Both the position numbers and the translations under genes were made by a program. Below, piece after piece: positions 10,317 to 19,290 of a stretch of 64,000 bases of DNA. Within the stretch, counting starts at the first letter, position 1, and each line of letters begins with the position of its first letter. Source of the stretch: Bacteroidales bacterium (GTDB taxonomy: Bacteria > Bacteroidota > Bacteroidia > Bacteroidales > UBA932); contig JAFLUX010000002.1 of assembly GCA_022508605.1 (NCBI GenBank), forward strand, positions 5,230 through 69,229, given 5' to 3'. The notes beneath the pieces are model-generated. The model worked only from the letters and a program-made list of their open reading frames with translations. It made no database searches and was not told the origin of the DNA.

Positions 10317-11450
10317 ATGAAAAGAACACTACTTCTTATCGCGGCACTTTCGGCCGGCGCACAGCTCTTTGCACAGACACCTCCCGAAAACTCAGATGAC
10401 CGCGTGGCCTGCTACAGGATGATGCCGGCCGTCCGTAAGGTGATTTCCATCCCTGACATAGACGGATACCGTACCCTGAAATGCGACTTCCATATCCACA
10501 CTTTCTACGCCGACGCGCAGGTGTCCCCGGAGGGACGGGTGCAGGAGGCATGGTATGACGGTCTCGATGTGATGGCCATGACGGAGCATGTGGGCGTGCA
10601 CACTACCAAGATAGCATATCCCGACCGCAACGTGACCAACGCCAAGGCCGTCGCCGAGGGCAAGAAATGGGGCATGCTGGTGATTCCCGGAGTGGAAATC
10701 ACGCGGGCGAAGCCTTTCGGACACATGAATTTCCTTTTCGTGAAGGATTCCAATGTCTTCAGCGAAGACCGCTATGTCGCGGATGAGAACGGCAAGCTCA
10801 TAGACGACGAATTCGGGCGCAAGGTCAACAATCTGCAGACCCTCCAGGAAGACATAGATGCCGCCATGGAGCAGGAGTGCTTCATCCAGTGGAACCATCC
10901 CGGCTGGCCCGACAAGAAGTGCGACATGTACGACATCCACCGCGAGATGCTTGCAAAGGGACAGATTCATGCCGTGGAAATCTGCAACCACCAGGAGTGG
11001 TATCCCAAAGTGCTCGACTGGTTCGACGAGTTCCATATCCCCATGACTGCGAATACTGACCAGCACCGTCCGACGGTGGTGGACTACGGCCACGTGATAC
11101 GCCCCATGACCCTCGTGTTCGCCAAGGAATATACTCTCGAGTCGGTGCGCGAAGCCATGTTCGCCGGCCGTATGGTGGCTTTCTGGGACCAGACGCTCGC
11201 AGGAGACGCCACGTGGCTGGAGCAGCTCGTTCACAATTCTCTTAAGGTAAAAGTAATTGACGCCAAGGCAGGCCGCGTGGAAGTGACCAATGTATCCGAC
11301 ATAAGGTTCGAGACCATGTACGGTTCGCACATGAACCCTGTGGTGCTCTATCCCCGCAGTTCTGTCATAATGACGGTAAAGAAAGACCAGAAGGTGGAGT
11401 TCATCAACTGCTACACCGGACGCAAACACCTGTTCACCAATATCTGGTAA
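10317..11450 (+). CDS. Secreted PHP-domain phosphoesterase (Sb-PDE-like)
   Basis: Signal peptide; PHP motifs DFHIHT..D, TEH, GVEIT..GH, NHP, NTDQH. Confidence 0.85.
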   Translation: MKRTLLLIAALSAGAQLFAQTPPENSDDRVACYRMMPAVRKVISIPDIDGYRTLKCDFHIHTFYADAQVSPEGRVQEAWYDGLDVMAMTEHVGVHTTKIAYPDRNVTNAKAVAEGKKWGMLVIPGVEITRAKPFGHMNFLFVKDSNVFSEDRYVADENGKLIDDEFGRKVNNLQTLQEDIDAAMEQECFIQWNHPGWPDKKCDMYDIHREMLAKGQIHAVEICNHQEWYPKVLDWFDEFHIPMTANTDQHRPTVVDYGHVIRPMTLVFAKEYTLESVREAMFAGRMVAFWDQTLAGDATWLEQLVHNSLKVKVIDAKAGRVEVTNVSDIRFETMYGSHMNPVVLYPRSSVIMTVKKDQKVEFINCYTGRKHLFTNIW

Positions 11451-11472
11451 TACTTGTCAATAACGAGAATCG

Positions 11473-11517
11473 AAAGGATGGCCAAAGGGACTCTGCGACC
11501 CCGAGGCCGTCTTTTTT
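11473..11517. terminator. Bidirectional terminator between the PHP gene and truB
   Basis: AAAGGATGGCC...GGCCGTCTTTT stem between convergent genes. Confidence 0.7.
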
Positions 11518-12349
11518 ATTCGGCGCTGTCGGCCCTGAACAGGGCGAGGGCGTCGTCGACGGACAGGGCCTCGGATATGTCGAAGCCTCCGTTGCGGGTG
11601 CGGCGCAGGGAACTGAGGAAGGCCCCGCTTCCGAGCGCCTCGCCGAGGTCCCTTGCCAGGGCGCGGATATAGGTGCCTTTCGAGCAGTCTACGAGTATGT
11701 CCGCATGCTTGAGGCGTGCGCCGCGTATGTCGGCCACACGAATGCGTCCGTTCCCTTCTCCCGGTTCCACAGGCTCCGGCGCGCCGCTGAAATTCTCCTC
11801 GAACGTCAGCAGCCGCAGGCCGTAAATCTCGATTTCCGAGGACTTCAGTATGTCTTCGTGGGCGAAAGATTCTCCCCGTGAGCAGGCCTCCCGGAGCAGG
11901 CGCCTGGCAGTCTCGTAGGCACGCACGCCGTCCACGGACTTGGCGCTGAACAGAGGGGCTACCTGTTGCTGGCGTCCCGTGAAAGAGGGGAGTGCGGCCT
12001 CTATCGACTCGCGGCTCACTCCGTCTGAGGGGGAACTGCGGTCTATGTCTTTTTCAAGGTCGTATGAGGGGGTGGTGGCACCGAAACAGACTCCGGCTAT
12101 ATACTGTTTGGGCGAGGCCTGAAGCTCCTCTGCCCGTTTTGTCGCGGCCCCTATGCAGACCATCAGTATTCCGGTAGCCAGCGGGTCGAGGGTGCCGGCG
12201 TGTCCGACTTTCAGGTTCTTCTTGCCGAAGTGCCTGCATGCGGCGCGCTTGATTTTCCTTACGAGATCGGCGGAGCTCCAGCGCCACGGCTTGTCTATCG
12301 GCAGCACTATGCCCTCCGGGTAGTCCGCTATGTCGCGGGAGAGTGTCAT
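11516..12349 (-). CDS. truB: tRNA pseudouridine(55) synthase
   Basis: KVGHAGTLDPLATG and CSKGTYIRALARDLG motifs; start reassigned to MTLSRD (ATGA overlap with rpiB). Confidence 0.95.
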   Translation of the reverse strand: MTLSRDIADYPEGIVLPIDKPWRWSSADLVRKIKRAACRHFGKKNLKVGHAGTLDPLATGILMVCIGAATKRAEELQASPKQYIAGVCFGATTPSYDLEKDIDRSSPSDGVSRESIEAALPSFTGRQQQVAPLFSAKSVDGVRAYETARRLLREACSRGESFAHEDILKSSEIEIYGLRLLTFEENFSGAPEPVEPGEGNGRIRVADIRGARLKHADILVDCSKGTYIRALARDLGEALGSGAFLSSLRRTRNGGFDISEALSVDDALALFRADSAE

Positions 12350-12777
12350 CGGACAGGTATCTTTTCTATTCTCCTTGCGTGGCGTCCGCCTTCGAACCCG
12401 GCATTGAGCCATTCGCGCACCATGCCTACCGCCATGCGGTAGCTGACGAAGCGTGCCGGCATCACAAGTATGTTGGCATCGTTGTGCCCCTTGACGAGAC
12501 GGGCCACTGCGGTGTTCCAGGCAAGGCCGGCGCGTATGCCGCAGTGTTTGTTCAGGGTAATCGCCATGCCGTTTCCCGTTCCGCATATCGCTATGCCCTT
12601 GTCCACTTCGCCGTTTTCCACCGCGCGGGCCAGGGGGTGTGCGAAATCTGCGTAGTCGCAGGACTCTACGGAGTCCGTGCCGAAATTCACCACCTCGAAA
12701 CCTTTGCCCTTGAGGTATTTTATTAGCCTGAACTTGTATTCCACGCCTGCGTGGTCGTTGCAGATGCCGATTTTCAT
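12346..12777 (-). CDS. rpiB: Ribose-5-phosphate isomerase B
   Basis: MKIGICNDHAG, ICGTGNG, HNDANIL and FEGGRHARR motifs; start reassigned. Confidence 0.95.
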   Translation of the reverse strand: MKIGICNDHAGVEYKFRLIKYLKGKGFEVVNFGTDSVESCDYADFAHPLARAVENGEVDKGIAICGTGNGMAITLNKHCGIRAGLAWNTAVARLVKGHNDANILVMPARFVSYRMAVGMVREWLNAGFEGGRHARRIEKIPVR

Positions 12778-13724
12778 AATTCTTCCTTTATGTTGTAACT
12801 GTTTCTCTCCGGGGCGGAGCGGGCTATCATCTCTCCCAGCAGTCCGGCCAGGAACAGCATCACTCCGAGCACTACGCACAGCAGCGCAAGGTAGAACAGC
12901 GGCTGCTCGGTGACGGCGCGGAATCTGACTCCGCTCGCCTGGTGCACGAGCTTCGCCGCAATTATCCACACGGTCATGACGAATCCGGCCAGGAACATGA
13001 CCAGGCCGCTGAATCCGAAGAAGTGCATGGGCTTCTTGCCGAAGGTGCTGAGGAACCACAGGCTCTGCAGGTCGAGGAAGCCGTTCACGAAGCGCTCGAC
13101 GCCGAACTTGCTTTTGCCGTATTTCCTCTTTTCGTGGTGCACTTCCTTTTCGCCTATGCGTGTGAATCCCGCATTCTTGGCGAGGTAGGGAATGTACCTG
13201 TGCATCTCCCCGTACACCTCGACGCTTTTCACCACGTCTTTCCTGTATGCCTTGAGTCCGCAGTTCATGTCGTGCAGCTTGATGCCGGTGATGAGCCTTG
13301 CCGTGGCATTGTAGAGCTTCGACGGGAGGTTTTTCGTCAGGGCGTTGTCTTTTCTGCGGCGTTTCCACCCGCTTACGAGGTCGTAGTCTTCTTCCGTCAC
13401 CATGCGGTACAGCTCCGGAATCTCCTCCGGGGCGTCCTGCAGGTCGGCGTCCATGGTCACCACCACTTCTCCGCGCGCCTTTTCAAATCCGCAGTAGAGG
13501 GCGGCGGACTTCCCGTAGTTGCGGCGGAAACGTATTCCGTGTATGCAGGGGTCGCTTTTCGCGAGTCCGCACAGGCACTCCCATGAAGAGTCGGTGCTGC
13601 CGTCATCTATCATGAGTATCTCGTAGGAGAACGAATGGTTTTCCATCACCGCCTTTATGCGGGAGCAAAGCTCCGGAAGGGACTCGGCTTCGTTCAGGAG
13701 GGGGACTACAACGGTGATATCCAT
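12774..13724 (-). CDS. GT2 glycosyltransferase (DPM/ArnC-like)
   Basis: VVVPLLNE, DDGSTD, RNYGKSAAL, DADLQD, GEMHRYIP; C-terminal TM helices. Confidence 0.9.
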   Translation of the reverse strand: MDITVVVPLLNEAESLPELCSRIKAVMENHSFSYEILMIDDGSTDSSWECLCGLAKSDPCIHGIRFRRNYGKSAALYCGFEKARGEVVVTMDADLQDAPEEIPELYRMVTEEDYDLVSGWKRRRKDNALTKNLPSKLYNATARLITGIKLHDMNCGLKAYRKDVVKSVEVYGEMHRYIPYLAKNAGFTRIGEKEVHHEKRKYGKSKFGVERFVNGFLDLQSLWFLSTFGKKPMHFFGFSGLVMFLAGFVMTVWIIAAKLVHQASGVRFRAVTEQPLFYLALLCVVLGVMLFLAGLLGEMIARSAPERNSYNIKEEL

Positions 13725-13729
13725 TTCTG

Positions 13730-14299
13730 CTACTGTTCTTCTGCGTTGCCTCCGGCGAAAGGATTGCGCGGAGGGATGTTGCGGGAGAATATTGCCGAGA
13801 GCAAGGTGCCGAACAGCCAGCAATATACGAGGTTGAAGAAGAAGGTGATTGCGGGGAGGGACGAGAAGACGCCCCGGACCTGCTCTATCTGCTCCTCGGT
13901 GAACGTTTCGGAATAGCGTTCGATGGCCATGTCCACAGATGCGGAGAAGACGTCCGGCTGGATGAAGAGCAGCCAGGCGAGGTATACGGCTGAATAAATC
14001 AGGGCGGAGAGCAGAGCGGTGCGCGTGCCGAAACGGAAGGTGTCGCTGTTGTCGGCTTCAGGGTGCCTGCCGGCGAACTTCTGCATGAAGAACTTCATCA
14101 GGTATATGCACAGCGCGAACTTGGCCACCCAGAGCAGCACTCCGGCCACGCTGGAAAGCACTGAGACCGCGGTGCCGCCTTTGACCATGTCCAGCAGCAT
14201 GCCGAAAACGAAATATGCCGAGGTGACGGCGCCGAGAATCAGACCGCTCCTGGATGCTTCGTTCCAGGATGTCTTTGTGTCTACGGAGTAATTTTTCAT
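13730..14299 (-). CDS. DUF4199-like membrane protein
   Basis: Four hydrophobic segments in the Bacteroidetes DUF4199 layout, upstream of a GT2 gene; start at MKNYSV. Confidence 0.7.
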   Translation of the reverse strand: MKNYSVDTKTSWNEASRSGLILGAVTSAYFVFGMLLDMVKGGTAVSVLSSVAGVLLWVAKFALCIYLMKFFMQKFAGRHPEADNSDTFRFGTRTALLSALIYSAVYLAWLLFIQPDVFSASVDMAIERYSETFTEEQIEQVRGVFSSLPAITFFFNLVYCWLFGTLLSAIFSRNIPPRNPFAGGNAEEQ

Positions 14300-14303
14300 A
14301 GCA

Positions 14304-14330
14304 CAAATATAGATATTTTTTGTAACTTTG
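14304..14330. promoter_or_regulatory. Back-to-back -7 boxes (TATATTTG on minus 14304-14311; TAACTTTG on plus 14323-14330)
   Basis: Both match TAnnTTTG in the 55-bp gap between the DUF4199 gene and thrS. Confidence 0.75.
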
Positions 14331-14354
14331 CGGATTGCAAACCATAAGTATCGT

Positions 14355-16142
14355 ATGTTGACTATCGCATTTACCGACGGAACTGTCCGTCCTTGGGAGG
14401 ATGATGAAGCGAAACGCATATTCTGGCATTCTTCGGCCCATCTGATGGCGGAGGCGCTGGAGGCCCTGTATCCCGGAGTGAAATTCGGAATAGGGCCTGC
14501 GGTCGAGACCGGATTCTACTATGACGTGGACCTCGGCGGAGCGTCCATCAGCGAGGCCGATCTCGAAAAAATAGAGAAGAAGATGACGGAGCTGGCCCGC
14601 TCGAAAGAGACGTTCGAGCGCAGGGAGGTGTCCAAGGCCGACGCCCTCAAGTATTTCGCCGACAAGGGCGACCAGTACAAGGTCGAACTGATAGGCGATC
14701 TGGAGGACGGAACCATAAGTTTCTATACTAACGGGGCTTTCACCGACCTTTGCCGCGGACCTCATGTCAAGCATGCGGACGACATCAAGGCCATAAAGCT
14801 GACGGCGATAGCCGGAGCCTACTGGAAAGGCGACCAGAACAGGCAGCAGCTCACCCGCATCTATGGCGTGACCTTCCCCAAGAAGAGCATGCTCGACGAA
14901 TATCTCAAGATGGTGGAGGAGGCCAAGAAGCGCGACCACCGCAAGCTCGGCCGGGAAATGGAGCTGTTCACCTTCTCGACGCGTGTGGGCCTCGGACTTC
15001 CGCTCTGGCTGCCGCGCGGCGCCGCCATGCGCGGAATACTCGAAAACTTCCTGCGCCAGAGGCAGGCAGCCCTCGGCTATCTTCCCGTGGTCACGCCGCA
15101 CATAGGCGGAAAGGAACTGTACGTGACCTCCGGCCATTATGCCAAATACGGCAAGGATTCGTTCAGGCCCATAAAGACGCCGCAGGAGGGCGAGGAGTAT
15201 ATGCTCAAGCCCATGAACTGCCCTCACCATTGCGAAATATACCGCAGCTCGCCCCGCTCCTACCGCGACCTGCCGCTCCGCTTTGCGGAGTTCGGCACCG
15301 TGTACCGCTATGAGCAGAGCGGTGAGCTTCACGGACTTACCCGTGTGCGCGGCTTCACCCAGGATGATGCGCATCTTTTCTGCCGTCCGGACCAGCTTCA
15401 GGAGGAGTTTGAAAAGGTCATAGACCTCATCCTGTACGTTTTCAAGACCCTGAAGATGTCGGACTACATGGCCCAGATTTCCCTGCGCGATCCGAAGAAC
15501 AAGGATAAGTACATAGGCTCGGACGAAAACTGGGACAAGGCGGAGCAGGCCATCATAGATGCAGCCGGCAAGAAGGGGCTGAAGACCGTGGTGGAGCTGG
15601 GAGAGGCCGCATTCTACGGACCCAAGCTTGACTTCATGGTGAAGGATGCGATAGGGCGCAAATGGCAGCTCGGCACCATACAGGTTGACTACAATCTCCC
15701 CGAGCGCTTCGAGCTTGAGTTCACGGATGCCGACGGCAGCAAGAAGCGTCCCGTGATGATTCACCGTGCGCCTTTCGGCTCCCTGGAGCGCTTTACCGCC
15801 GTGGTGCTGGAGCACACTGCCGGACATCTGCCGGTATGGCTCGCGCCCGAACAGGTGAAAGTGCTGCCAATCAGTGAAAAATACTCTGATTATGCCGAAA
15901 AAGTTTGCAATTTGTTGAAAAATTCCGATATTCGCGCTTCCATAGACTCGCGTAACGAGACATTGGGCAAGAGAATTCGTGAGATTTCCCTGCTCAGAGT
16001 CCCTGTGATTGCGATAGTCGGTGAGAAAGAAGCCGCTGAAGGCACCGTTTCCGTCCGCAGGGAGGGTGTCGACCAGGGCGCTATGACAGCAGAACAATTT
16101 GTAGAATACATTAAAACAGCGGTAGCTGAAGAATTAGCTTAA
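14355..16142 (+). CDS. thrS: Threonyl-tRNA synthetase (N-terminally short)
   Basis: HSSAH editing motif, [22 protein letters not shown], anticodon-binding domain; start at ATG 14355. Confidence 0.97.
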   Translation: MLTIAFTDGTVRPWEDDEAKRIFWHSSAHLMAEALEALYPGVKFGIGPAVETGFYYDVDLGGASISEADLEKIEKKMTELARSKETFERREVSKADALKYFADKGDQYKVELIGDLEDGTISFYTNGAFTDLCRGPHVKHADDIKAIKLTAIAGAYWKGDQNRQQLTRIYGVTFPKKSMLDEYLKMVEEAKKRDHRKLGREMELFTFSTRVGLGLPLWLPRGAAMRGILENFLRQRQAALGYLPVVTPHIGGKELYVTSGHYAKYGKDSFRPIKTPQEGEEYMLKPMNCPHHCEIYRSSPRSYRDLPLRFAEFGTVYRYEQSGELHGLTRVRGFTQDDAHLFCRPDQLQEEFEKVIDLILYVFKTLKMSDYMAQISLRDPKNKDKYIGSDENWDKAEQAIIDAAGKKGLKTVVELGEAAFYGPKLDFMVKDAIGRKWQLGTIQVDYNLPERFELEFTDADGSKKRPVMIHRAPFGSLERFTAVVLEHTAGHLPVWLAPEQVKVLPISEKYSDYAEKVCNLLKNSDIRASIDSRNETLGKRIREISLLRVPVIAIVGEKEAAEGTVSVRREGVDQGAMTAEQFVEYIKTAVAEELA

Positions 16143-16732
16143 TGGCAGGACCATACAGACCAAAACCGGCACGCAGGCCCGGAGGACGCCGTCTCGATCC
16201 ACGTCTTCAGAAGAAGGACGAGAACGAACTGAACATCAACGGGCAGATTACTGCATCGCAGGTGAGGCTCGTCGGCGACAATATCCCCGAGCCGGGGATA
16301 TGGCCGATAAGCAAGGCGATGGAACTTGCCGACAGCCTGGAACTCGATTTGGTGGAAATAACCGCGAAGGCGGATCCTCCCGTGTGCAAGATACTCGACT
16401 ACCAGAAGTATCTGTACCAGCAGAGGAAGAAGGCCAAGGAGATGAAGTCCAATGCGGCCAAGGTCGTAATCAAGGAGATACGCTTCGGACCCAACACCGA
16501 CGAGCACGATTTCCAGTTCAAGCTCAAGCATGCCCAGGAATTTCTCCAGGAAGGCTCGAAGGTGAAGGCTTCGATATTCTTCCGCGGCCGTTCGATAATG
16601 TTTGCGGAGCAGGGCGAAAAACAGCTCCTTCGCTTCGCCGTGGAGCTCGAGGCTTACGGCAGGGCGGAGAACATGCCCACGCTCGAGGGCAAGCGCATGA
16701 CCATGATGCTCGCCCCCTTGAAGAAAAAATAG
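16142..16732 (+). CDS. infC: Translation initiation factor IF-3
   Basis: LDLVEI..ADPPVCKI, KEIRFGPNTDEHD motifs; follows thrS. Confidence 0.96.
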   Translation: MAGPYRPKPARRPGGRRLDPRLQKKDENELNINGQITASQVRLVGDNIPEPGIWPISKAMELADSLELDLVEITAKADPPVCKILDYQKYLYQQRKKAKEMKSNAAKVVIKEIRFGPNTDEHDFQFKLKHAQEFLQEGSKVKASIFFRGRSIMFAEQGEKQLLRFAVELEAYGRAENMPTLEGKRMTMMLAPLKKK

Positions 16733-16792
16733 GAGTTCGCGGGAGGCTTCCCGCGGCTTCGGTATATTATTAACATTTAATTATTTAAAACA

Positions 16793-16987
16793 ATGGCAAA
16801 GCTTAAGACCAATTCCGGTGCCAAAAAGCGTTTCACGCTTACCGGGTCGGGAAAAATCAAGAGGAAGCATGCTTACCACAGCCACATCCTCACCAAGAAG
16901 ACCAAAAAACGCAAGAGAAATCTTGACCACTTCGCCCTCGTAGAGAAGGCTGATCTGGTAAGGGTAAAAGAAATGTTGGTTCTTTAA
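16793..16987 (+). CDS. rpmI: 50S ribosomal protein L35
   Basis: [32 protein letters not shown]. Confidence 0.97.
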   Translation: MAKLKTNSGAKKRFTLTGSGKIKRKHAYHSHILTKKTKKRKRNLDHFALVEKADLVRVKEMLVL

Positions 16988-16999
16988 AAGTATCGAATT

Positions 17000-17344
17000 A
17001 TGCCAAGGTCAGTCAATTCAGTCGCCTCAAGGGCGCGCCGCAAGAAGATTCTCAAAAGAACCCGCGGTAATTTCCTGTCGAGAAAGAACGTCTGGACAGT
17101 AGCCAAGAACACTTACGAAAAGGGTCTCACCTATGCCTACCGTGACCGCAGGACCAAGAAGCGCAACTTCCGCGCCCTCTGGATTCAGCGAATCAACGCT
17201 GCGGCGCGTCAGTACGGGATGTCCTATTCACAGTTCATGGGCAAGCTCGGCGCACAGAACATCGGTCTGAACCGCAAGGTCCTCGCCGATCTGGCAATGA
17301 ACAATCCCCAGGCTTTCGAGGCTATCATAAATTCTGTAAAATAG
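17000..17344 (+). CDS. rplT: 50S ribosomal protein L20
   Basis: [35 protein letters not shown]. Confidence 0.98.
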   Translation: MPRSVNSVASRARRKKILKRTRGNFLSRKNVWTVAKNTYEKGLTYAYRDRRTKKRNFRALWIQRINAAARQYGMSYSQFMGKLGAQNIGLNRKVLADLAMNNPQAFEAIINSVK

Positions 17345-17351
17345 GTATCAG

Positions 17352-18509
17352 GTGAGCCGGAGGAAGAAATTCAGGACCAAGAGCAAATTCTTGAACTGGC
17401 TTCTTGACTGGGTGGACGCGATACTGTTTGCCGTGGTCGTAGTGACCCTGATAAACACTTTCTGGTTTCAGTCGTTCAAGATTCCTTCCTCCTCGATGGA
17501 GAGCAGCCTCTATACGGGGGATCATCTCTTCGTCAGCAAATTGACATACGGAGCAAGGCTCCCCATGACCCCGCTGACGATTCCCTTCACCCACAATGTG
17601 ATAGGCAGGGGCGAGTCCTATTCCACCGCATGGCAGTGGAAATACCGCCGTCTGCCGGGATTCAGGAAAGTGCGCAAGGGAGACTGCGTGGTGTTCGGAT
17701 TTCCGAACGGAGATACGGTGCTGCGCAAGGCGCCGGTAGAGGACTACCACACGGTGGTGCGCTTTATGGGGCGCGAAGCGGCGGTCAGGGCATACGGCCC
17801 TGTTGTCGTGAGGCCTATGGACAAGAAGGACCACTACGTCAAGCGCTGCGTGGCCGTGGCGGGAGACACTCTGGAGATACGGGACGGTTTCGTCTATGTC
17901 AACGGAGAGGCCCAGACTGTCTGGCCGGGAGTGCAGCTCAGCTACAGAGTGGTCACCACAGGCCGGGAGTTCAATCCCAAAGTCGCCGACCAGCTCGGGC
18001 TGAACCTTTCCGAACTCCGTTATTCTTCTGCCCTGCCGGGCTATCCGGATTTGCCTCTCACGGCAGCCATGTTGGAGAAGGTGCGGGACATGAAGAATGT
18101 GGTCAGCGTCGAACCGGTGCTCGAGACCGAGCCTTCGGACTACAGGGAGATTTTTCCTTTTTCTCCGAACTTCGGCTGGTCCAGGGATGCCTTCGGACCC
18201 CTCTGGATTCCGAGCAAGGGCGCGACGGTCCGTCTGACGGAGGATAATTTGCCGCTGTATGAAAGGATTATCCGCGACTATGAGCACTCCGATTTGGATG
18301 CCGCTCTTTCGGAAGGCTCCTATACCTTCAAGCAGGATTACTACTTCATGATGGGAGACAACAGGCACAATTCCCTGGATTCGAGATACTGGGGTTTCGT
18401 ACCGGAAGATCACATAGTCGGACGTCCGGCTCTGATCTGGCTCTCCACCGACACGGGACGGGCATTCCCGAAGAATATAAGATGGCGCAGATTCTTCAAA
18501 TTTCTTTAG
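17352..18509 (+). CDS. lepB: Signal peptidase I
   Basis: Catalytic IPSSSME (Ser) and YVKRC (Lys); [17 protein letters not shown]; GTG start. Confidence 0.94.
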   Translation: MSRRKKFRTKSKFLNWLLDWVDAILFAVVVVTLINTFWFQSFKIPSSSMESSLYTGDHLFVSKLTYGARLPMTPLTIPFTHNVIGRGESYSTAWQWKYRRLPGFRKVRKGDCVVFGFPNGDTVLRKAPVEDYHTVVRFMGREAAVRAYGPVVVRPMDKKDHYVKRCVAVAGDTLEIRDGFVYVNGEAQTVWPGVQLSYRVVTTGREFNPKVADQLGLNLSELRYSSALPGYPDLPLTAAMLEKVRDMKNVVSVEPVLETEPSDYREIFPFSPNFGWSRDAFGPLWIPSKGATVRLTEDNLPLYERIIRDYEHSDLDAALSEGSYTFKQDYYFMMGDNRHNSLDSRYWGFVPEDHIVGRPALIWLSTDTGRAFPKNIRWRRFFKFL

Positions 18510-18516
18510 CCGGGAG

Positions 18517-18548
18517 TTTGGAAATCCGGGAAATTAAGACGATATTTG
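18517..18548 (+). promoter_or_regulatory. rpmB promoter (-33 TTTG, 20-nt spacer, -7 GATATTTG)
   Basis: Canonical spacing, one mismatch to TAnnTTTG. Confidence 0.65.
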
Positions 18549-18583
18549 CGTCCCTGTAAGAAAATAATAAAAATCAAATAGTT

Positions 18584-18826
18584 ATGGCAAAAGTTTGTCA
18601 AGTGACAGGCAGAAAGAGAATGAAAGGCAACAACGTTGCCCATTCCAAGCTGCGCACCAAGCGCGACTTCTCCCTCAACCTCAAGAACAAGAGGTTCTGG
18701 AGCGAGGAAGAGCAGAGATACATCACCCTCAAGGTATCCTGCAAGGGTATGAGGATTATCGAGAAGAACGGCCTTGAGGCCACTATTCGCGAGGCCCAGA
18801 AGAAAGGATTGATTAACCTTGTTTAA
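18584..18826 (+). CDS. rpmB: 50S ribosomal protein L28
   Basis: [23 protein letters not shown]. Confidence 0.96.
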   Translation: MAKVCQVTGRKRMKGNNVAHSKLRTKRDFSLNLKNKRFWSEEEQRYITLKVSCKGMRIIEKNGLEATIREAQKKGLINLV

Positions 18827-18837
18827 TTTTTAGTACC

Positions 18838-19026
18838 ATGGCAAAGAAAGCAAAAGGAAACAGGGTGCAGGTCATCCTCGAATGTACCGAGCAGAAGGCC
18901 AGCGGGGTGCCCGGAATCTCCCGCTACATCACCACAAAGAACAAGAAGAACACTCCGGACCGTCTTGAGCGCAAGAAATACAATCCTTACCTGAAGAAGG
19001 TCACCGTTCATCGTGAAATAAAATAA
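18838..19026 (+). CDS. rpmG: 50S ribosomal protein L33
   Basis: [27 protein letters not shown]. Confidence 0.97.
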   Translation: MAKKAKGNRVQVILECTEQKASGVPGISRYITTKNKKNTPDRLERKKYNPYLKKVTVHREIK

Positions 19027-19042
19027 TCAAGGAGGATAAATT

Positions 19043-19204
19043 ATGGCAAAAAAAGCTGTTGCAACTTTCGCCGCGAAGGCGGGTGCCAAGAGTATGGTCA
19101 AGTGCATCCGCATGGAGAAATCTCCCAAGACCGGAGCTTACGTTTTCACAGAGCAGTTGGTCGAGGCAGAGAAAGCCAAGGATTTCTTCACCACCAAGAA
19201 GTAA
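19043..19204 (+). CDS. DUF4295 small protein (53 aa; recalled as Bacteroidetes ribosomal protein bL38)
   Basis: Not in the ORF track; translated by hand: MAKKAVATFAAKAGAKSMVKCIRMEKSPKTGAYVFTEQLVEAEKAKDFFTTKK; conserved position between rpmG and ftsY. Confidence 0.88.
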   Translation: MAKKAVATFAAKAGAKSMVKCIRMEKSPKTGAYVFTEQLVEAEKAKDFFTTKK

Positions 19205-19222
19205 TTCCTTCCGTCTTTGAAG

Positions 19223-19256
19223 GAGAGGGTGACTAAGTTTTTAGTCGCCCTCTTTT
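19223..19256 (+). terminator. Intrinsic terminator after DUF4295
   Basis: GAGGGTGACTAA-GTTT-TTAGTCGCCCTC stem followed by TTT. Confidence 0.85.
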
Positions 19257-19276
19257 CGTCTTCGCCAATTATTTTG

Positions 19277-19284
19277 TATATTTG
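19277..19284 (+). promoter_or_regulatory. -7 box TATATTTG for ftsY
   Basis: Exact TAnnTTTG match directly after the terminator, 6 nt before ATG 19291. Confidence 0.7.
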
Positions 19285-19290
19285 TGGGTT

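Noticed and set aside
11516-13823. Long N-terminal extensions on truB, rpiB and the GT2 gene in the ORF track, and the apparent 670-aa murE (41032-43044)
   Set aside because: Artefacts of taking the first start codon; family-typical starts give ATGA-type overlaps with the upstream gene.
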